A stretch of 64,000 nt of DNA from a virus. Below are positions 49,101-58,100 of this stretch, piece after piece. Each line of letters opens with the position of its first letter. Position 1 is the stretch's first letter. Below the pieces are notes generated by a model. It had not been told where the DNA came from and made no database searches. It was given only the letters and a program-made list of their open reading frames with translations. Location: IMG/VR virus record IMGVR_UViG_3300021964_000045, positions 1-64,000 of that record. One strand, written 5' to 3'. The translations under genes were made by a program, and so were the position numbers.

Positions 49101-52100
49101 TTACGCAGAAACAGAACAGTCTGTTAAATTTATGGAAACAGGTGATGCATCTGTTTTAGTTGATTTCTACACAGAAGCAGGAAAAGTTTTTAAGTCTAAT
49201 AGTAATGAGTTGTATGGAAAAATACAAACTCTTATAGATAACTATAATAGAGTTAAGTTTGAATCTGAAAAGTCTGATGTTAAAGCTGAAGAAACAAAAA
49301 CAGATGTAAACAAAAAAGATACAAGTACTGATAAAAAATCAGAGTTAAATGATTACTTAAAGTTATCTTCTGATAGCCCTATACTTAACGTAGAAGATGG
49401 TATTGATATACTAAAAGAAAATGAATCTCCTTTTTCTAAACTACTATTAGAAGATTTATATTCAAGATACAAGCAACAGCAAAGAATTGCTAAAGAACCA
49501 ATTGTAAGCAAAGCAGATTGGATTAATACAACAGAAGGAACTAATGCTGTAGCAGCGCTAGAAAAACTTAAAGGTATATGGCTTGCCTCTGAAAGCAATA
49601 AAGCTTTAACAGATCAAGCTAAAAATAACATTGCTAAGAGTGAAGAAGGATTCCAAGAATGGATACTTTCTCAAAAGGATGATGCTTCTGTTTATAGATC
49701 ACTTGAATTTGGTGGTTTAAAAGCTACAGACGTAGAAAGAAATGAAACTAATGAAGGGTTTGATTCTGTTGTAGAAGATAATCCTTTGCTTGAATGGGCA
49801 GATAAAGGCCCTGGTGTAAATATTCTTAAAAAAGAAATAGCAAGTATTGATTCTATAGATGATGAAGATGTATCTGATGTTAGAGAAACAATATACACTT
49901 TAACAGATAACTCTGGTAACAGAGTGTCAGATGATCTTTTAGATTTAGCTGGTTTAGATAGAGCTGCTTTTACAGATTTTCAACAAGCCGTTGATGCATT
50001 TGAAGAACTTAAAAAAGTTATACCTGATACAACTCCTTTTAATTTTGATGGTGTTACATTAAAAAATCTAGATGTTGTAGAAGATGCCAATGGTAATAAG
50101 TTTAGAGTTTTAGGCACTGCATCTTCTGCTAATAATGGAGCAAAGCTTGAATTAATTTCTCTTGAAAAACAAGATACAGAAGGTGTAGATAAAGCACTTT
50201 CTTCTTTTACAGTTGAACAATCTGGTTTTTCAGATTTGTATACAAAGGTTGAAGAAACATTTGAAGGTGTTAAGCTATCAGCTAATGCTGTAAAACTTTT
50301 ACCATCTGAGGTTAATGGTATCTATCCTAAATCATTTGGGCCATTTGGCACAGACACAGATGTAGATATGAGATTTAACAAGGTTCTTTCTTTATTATCT
50401 CCAGAGCAACTATCTACTTTAGAAATTAAAATAAGACCAAACCCAAATCAATCATCAAATTTCTTAAGAGCAGGTGATGATACTACTGAAAACAAACTTA
50501 TTGTTAGAGGAGATAAGTATACAATGGAAGTAGTTATACCTGAAAACATGAGAGAAGGTATATTAGAAAGAATGGATGGCTTTAGTTATCCTGAAAATTG
50601 GGATGGTGCTATTGGATTTGTAAGAAATGATCATTTTAGATTTACTAACAACGGTAATCAAAATGATATAGTTGAAATAAATCAATTAGAAGATAAAGTA
50701 ATAGAGAGATATATTACACCAGATGGAGTGAGTGTTTCAGAAATGAAGCAAGAAATGCTTAAGCAAAAATATCTTACTCTAAAGATAGATGAGTTGATGA
50801 AAGATAAAACTAATGCTACCATAACCATGGCAGACTTAGAAAGCTTAAACTTCTCATTTAAAGTAACAGGTGGTCAGTATGAAGACACCAATAGCTATGA
50901 TACTACATATGATAACTTAGATCAAAATAAATATGATGGTCATAAGATTGTAATTGTTAATACAAGGAACGTTGATTCTATTGGTGAAAGATTTGAAACA
51001 GATATTGAAGATCCACAAGAACATCTAGCATTTGTAGAAAAAGTAATTAGTGAGTTAGAATCAACTCCTGTTGAAGGAGGTGATGCTAACATGTATCAAA
51101 AGGCTATTTCAAAAGGAGGGTACGTAGGTATTATTAAAGATCCTCTTACAGGTAAGATTGTACTGGCTAGATTAGTACCTAGAAATTTAGAAGTAGATGA
51201 GCGTAATGAATTATTTACAGAGCTTATAACCAAAGCTAAAGAAGTTAGAGATTCTAAAACTGGTACACAACCTAAGCAAACTACTGAAGCAGAAAGTTTA
51301 AAAGCTGTTCAGATTCTTTACCAAGGAATATATGGTACCCCTTATCAGCAAAATGTAGGTGGTCCTGGCTTAGTAAAACTTGAGGTAGAGGTTGAGGAAG
51401 AACAAGATCAAAACTATGTAGGAATTAAATTTGTAACTACAATAATAAGCAAAAAAGGAAATTCTATAAAGCAAAACGAAAAGAGATATGTTACTGCAGA
51501 GCAGTTTATAAATGAGTTTAATTTAACTGATGAAGAACTAGATAATACTAAACCAGCTACTAAAGAATCAGGAAGCCAATCTATACCTCTTACTAAAGAA
51601 GATGGAGAAAGGCGTATAGCAGAATATGGGCAAGAAAAGTTAAAGCTTGAAAAAGTTGGTAGTGGTTATGGTATGCCTTTGAGAACTTACTTACAGTTAA
51701 TGGAAGAAGAGTCTACTGGTAAAATTACTGTACTAAGCATTAGAAAAGATACGGCTAATGGTAATACATTCATATCTATTGTGGGTCCTTATGGTCCGCT
51801 TGATATACAGGTTAATAGGGAACCCGCTTCTATAAAGCAAGCTGCTAAATCTCAACAAGCTAGTAAGGCTGAAACTACAAAAAGTAGCATGCCTTTATTT
51901 GATTGGAATAAACAATTTAATAATAAATTTTTTAGTGCAACTAACCCAACAGAAAAAACATACTTAGACTTACAGGTTACAAAATCTGGAGACATTGTTT
52001 TAAGAGTTAAAGTTGGAGCTAAAGGCTCTACATTGACAGCAATGCAAAGCTTTAAATCTGCTGAGTTAGATAACTTAAAACCAGAAGACATTTTAAGTTT

Positions 52101-55100
52101 ATACTCATTGCTTAATCAAAATCAAAAAGTTATAGACTTTAATGCAAAAAGCAATAATATATTAAATTTTGGTGAGCATAATTTAAAAACAACTTTCCCA
52201 TTAGATGCTACGTTAGATCAAATTTTAAATCAAACAAAAACAAATTTAGACTCACGTGTTCTTAAAGGTGTTAGGGTAAAGCTTGAAACAACAGATGAAA
52301 TGGTTGCTGGCCTTAAAATGGTTCAAGCATCTAAACCTGTTAATGCTCCATCTGATGAGTATAGTCAATTTGTTGATACTGGTTTTGTGTCACAAGAAAC
52401 ACTGGAAAGAATAGCTAATAAAGAAGCTAATAAACCCGGTTCTCTTACACTTGAAGAGCAAGCAATATATGCAGACAAAGTTGCTGAAATAAATAAAATA
52501 TTACAGCAAAAAGCAAATGTTGAAATGCAAGAAGATATTGACTTGCAGGCTATGAGTGAAGAGCGTTATAATGAATATAAATCTAAAGACTTTAAAGATT
52601 TACCAAGAGAAATAAAAATTGGTATTGTAAATCAAGTTGTTCAGGAAGGTAGAGAATCTCTAACTGAAAGACAACAAGAAATACTAAAGGTTAACAATGA
52701 TGAGCTTGAATTGCTTATCATGTCTAAGTCATATACTAAACCAGTTGAAGCTGAGGGTAAAACATTAGAGCAAGAAATAGCAGAGGTTGAGGAAGCAATA
52801 AAGAAAGAAAAGAAACGTATTGCCAATGAAGCTAAAAGAACAGGACAACATCAAGCTACTTTAAGAAAAAATTCTAAGATTTATGTAAGCTTGGTAGATA
52901 AGCTTGATGAATTAGAAAAAAGAAGTACTGATGAAAGTGCATTTAAAATACTTGATCCTTCTGAGACTTTACAGAAAGAGGAATCTATTGATGAGTTTTT
53001 AGAATGGGCTGCTGTAAACTTACCTGACTTTATTAAAATTAAAGACTTGTCTGAGATTAAGACACGTTTAAAAAGTACAGGTACAACAGTAGGTCAGTTT
53101 ACAATGGCTTTAAGAAATATTGCAGGAGGCCTTAGTGTTGAAGGTACAATTTACACTGGACCATCTAACGGTATAGGTTATCATGAGTCTTTTCATGCTG
53201 TATTTAGAATGCTGCTTACTACAGAAGAGCAAAATAATTTATTGAAACTTGCCAAAGATGAGGTAAGAAAGAAATTTAAAACATATAAAGCTCTTCAGGA
53301 AGACATAAGCAAATTTGCAAACAGACATCCTAAGTATAGACAGTTGTCAAAAGCTGCATTAGAACGTGAATACTTAGAGGAGTATATGGCTGATCAATTT
53401 CAGGCATTTAAAACAAATCCAAGAAGTACAAAAACTAGTTCAACAATTAAGAGTTTCTTTAACCGTGTTGTTGAATGGATTAAGTCTGTATTAAAGTCTT
53501 TTAGAAAAAATGAACTTGATTTATTTTATGAAAGAATAGACGCTGGTAAATACAGAAATACTCAAATATTAGATAATCAATATACTAATTCATTAGAATC
53601 TGGAGTAGCAATAGATGCATTTAAAGCAATACCTTATAAGATCATTAGAGGTACTAAATTAAAATCAGCTAAATACTTAGATCCTGCCAAAGCAGATATG
53701 CTTACAAGAATGATTGGACAAGTATATGTTACAAGAAGAGGTGATTCAAAGTATAGTGAATTACAAGATGAGGAACTATTATCTGCAACAATTATTGATT
53801 TTGCAGATTTATATGATTCAGAAAAAGATATCTATGCAAGTCTTTCTGATGTTGATTTAGATACTGTTGAACAGTTAAATGAAGCCCTTAATCTTCAAGA
53901 AGGTAAAGCTGTTAAAGAATCAGTAACTAAGTATCTTGATATTTTGAATCTTAAGTTTGATGAGATGGATGATCAAATTGAGGAAGATGAAGATGATTAT
54001 GGTTCAAGAAAAGTAGGTGATTATACAAAAGATGCAAATCAAACAGGTGGTTATAATTCAGCTACAAAAGAAGTTAGAACATTTATAGCAGGTGTATCTA
54101 TTGATTCTAAAGATATGTTTGGTAATGTAGAGTTACAGGACGGTACACCAATAAGAGTACCTGTTAACCATATAGACGTTTATAACGGTCTTATGTTGGC
54201 TGGTATGAATGAAACAAGTGACAGTAAGATGTTAGAGAAGTTGTATTATTTTTCACGTAGAAATGAAAATACAGCTGCAGTAATTGATGAGTTGTTTAGA
54301 GTAACTGGAATTGACATAAATGAATTTAAAGAAACTGGTCAAATACCAAATAAAATAGATAACTCAATGTTGTTTAATCAATTCATGACAACATTTAAAA
54401 ATGCTAGATTTGATTACATCTTTCAATTAACTGATCCTACTACAGGAAAAGTTAGAATTATTTCAGCTTCCAATAGAGATGCAGCAAATGCACAAATAGA
54501 CTATTGGAAAAAAATATTTAATGATAAGTTTGAAATATTTAGAACAGATAATGCAAGTGTAAGACAAGCTGTATCTGGAGTTGCCATGCTTTCAAAAGAT
54601 ATGGAAAAGAAAAAGATTACAAATAAAGATTTAAAAGCTAAATCATTATTGTATTCTAAACTTATTAGTGAACAGCTGGGTATAAAGTTAAGTCCTTTAT
54701 ATATAGAAATAAGTATTGCAAATAACCTATCAGGTAAATTAACCAAGTATCAAGAAACTCTTATTGATATGGGTAAAAATGCAAGATTACTTAGAAGAGA
54801 AGATTTAACTTTAATTACTACTAAGCTTACAGGTAAAGAAAAAAGCACAGGTAAACCATTACCAGAAAATTTATTTATTGATGACTCAGAAAGAGGTTTA
54901 AGTTCAAGGTTAAAACAAATAGCATTAGGTAATGCATTATTTGATGAGACAGTTGGTAATACAGTTTTTGAAGATCCTGAAAGAAACTTAATATATGCAC
55001 ATCAAAATCAGACATTTCATTCAAGAAGAATGATTGAGTTGTCAGATGATGCTGTAATTAGAAAATTACAAGAACAGTTTCCAGATAACACACTTCTTAA

Positions 55101-58100
55101 TTCTGAAGCATTTTTAGAATTGAGTACATCAAAGCAATTACAATTAATCAGAACCGCTGGTTCTAACATGCTTGCTGAAAATGTAGAATCAATGGATCTA
55201 CAAGAAGCAGATGACTTATCAAGACAATCTGTACAAGGTACAAAGTATGGTAAGTTTAATTCAGTTGAATTCACAAGCAACTTAATAAATAGCTACTTTG
55301 AAAGATTCAATACTAAATCAAATAAAGTTGAGACAGCAGCAAATACTGCATTAGCTCCTGTATTTATAAGGCTAATTGAGTCATCAAATACTGGTGATAG
55401 TGTTGGACTTCCTGTTATTAAAGCCGTTAAACTAAGTTCAGATGGTAAAGATGTTGTACTAACACCAGAAGCATTTGATCAGTTTGTAAATAGACTTAGA
55501 ACAGAGTACAATATTATACAAAAAAATAATCAAGACTATGATAAAAATGGTCCTGGTAATATTAAAGGTTATAATGATAGTAAGAATGGACGTGGGTTTA
55601 AGTTCTTTAAAGGTGATTCTCTTATAAGCAAAGAAACACAAGCTGAATTAATTAAATCAGCAGTTGAAGGTAAAACCTTTGATGAAGTATTTGGTAAAGA
55701 ATACAAGACAGAATTGAATAATATAATTAAAGACTATATTAAAGAATTCCAAGGTCTAGCTCAAAAAGCAAGATTAACTACTTCACAACATGTCAAAGGT
55801 ATATTCCCAGATACAGAAAAAGCTTCATCTAGTATGGAAAAGCTAAATGTATTTAGAAAGAATGAACCTGCCAACTTAGCTCAAATATTTATAAGCAATT
55901 GGTTAAACACAATGGCTATTAATGAACTGATATTAGGTGAAGAAGCTAAGTTGTTTAAAGATGCAGTGATAGATCCTATTAAAAGAGCTAAGATGCAAAA
56001 CGCAGCTCATGATTCTATTGCTTTTGATTTCTTACCAAAGGATGATAGCTTAGGTATATCTCATACACTTGGTAGAGAATCTATTGGTTTATTTACATTT
56101 ACTGATCCGGCTACAGAAGACGGTGGTGATAAAGCTGATGCACAATCTTATCAAACAGCTAAAGGTGCTCGTTACTCTGCATATGGATTAGGTAGTTTAA
56201 ATAGTGCATTAGCTAAGATGTATGATGCTATTGATAACGGGGAGAGTGTTGATAATGATTGGTTTAGTACATATCTAAAACAACATCCTAAACATGCTCC
56301 TTTAAATTCAAAGAAATATGTTTTTGGTAATGGTCAAACATTTATCAAAACATCTACAGTTGTCTTAACAAAAGAACTTACTTCTTATAAAAATGAAGAA
56401 GGTGCGTGGGTGGCTAAAGTAGGAATGGAAAGACTACACAACTTACGTGAAAACATGGAAAGGTGGGAGTCTCAAAATGATGGTAAGATTGCAATTGCTG
56501 CTCCTGAGTCAGCAGTTAAAATGCTAAAACAAAATGTAATTGATAATGAAAGCATGACAGCTGAAACAATGGTTTTAAATGAAGAGCATGTTACTTTATT
56601 GGATGCCAAAGATTTTGGTAGACAGATGGTAAATCCTTCAAACAAACTTTTGATGACGGATGCTAGTCAAATTAAAACTATTATAACATCTGAGCAAGCA
56701 GTACTAGATAAAGACTTTAAAGTTGTAATTGATGGTGAAGAATTACCAATTGCTGATGTGGTAAAAGAATATCATAGATTTACAGCTGCTGGTGTTAACT
56801 TTGAATACAGTGATAAAAAGAATTTAATATTTGATTTACTACCTCACTTGGAAGAGAGTGTATTAGAGCAAATGGATATTGAACCAAATTTATATTCTTT
56901 TATTAAGACAGCACAAGCAAATTTAAAATCATCTGCTGCAAGTAGTACGGAAGTAGAATTCTTTACAGAAGAAGATGGAAAACCTAAATATGAATTAAAC
57001 AATCCAATAACAAGTCAGAAGTTTGAACAGTTCTTTATGGCATACTTTAGCAAAAAAGTATTAAGTCAAAAAGTACCAGGTGTAACACTTGCATTAATGT
57101 CTGACTTTGGAGTACCTGTTATTAGAGAGATTTATTCTTTTGACACAACAGGTAGACCGGATAAACAAAGAGTTGTTAGAAGAAAAAATTCTAATCAGTA
57201 TAATGGTCAAAATCTATTAGACATAACCAATGCTGAAGATTTAGAATTGGCAAAACAACAACTTGAATCAGATCCTTCTAAACCAATTGTTGTTTTAGAT
57301 AGATTACGCTATGACATGAAAGAATATGACATGGTTAATCCAAATGATCCTTCAACTTGGGTGGCAACTAATATTAGATATGCTGAGACACTTATGCCTG
57401 CTCATCATGAAGACGTGATGCGTCATTTAGAAAATAAAAACATTAAGGATCTACCTGATTCTGTAGCTAAAATGTTTGCTGTTAGGATACCTACACAAGA
57501 TAAGCATTCTTCAATACCTTCAAAGGTTGTTGATTTTTTACCTGTCTTTTATGGGTCAACTGCAATATTCCCTGAAGACTTAATTAAAGTATCAGGAGCA
57601 GATTTTGATATTGATAAAGTATATGCAGCAATTAAAGAGTGGTATTATAAAGACGGTAAGTTTACTGAATATGGTACCAGAAAAGGCTCTGAAGGATTTG
57701 CTGATTATATTAGATATACAAACAAAAAAGTTGCTGAAAGAGGTAGTAACTTAAATGAAGCTTTATTAAAGTATAATGCTGGAGGTCTAGCAGCTGAAGT
57801 TGAAAGTAAATCAATTGAAGAAATAATGGATCTTTTAACATTAGGTTATAGCCCTGAAGCAATTGATGCTTCTATTATGCTTGGACTACCTATTACAGAA
57901 AAAGAATATAATAAGTATATTAAAGATAATGGAGTAGAACCATATAAAGCTTCTATTACAAATAAATTAGTTAGCTTAAAATATTCACTTGTAGGAAATA
58001 CTAAACTTACAGAAACAACAGATGGCTCTGTTCCTGTATCATACCAGCCTGCAGATATTGAAGCTGTTAAAGAAGTGTGGGAAAGCTTAAGTAATCGTTT

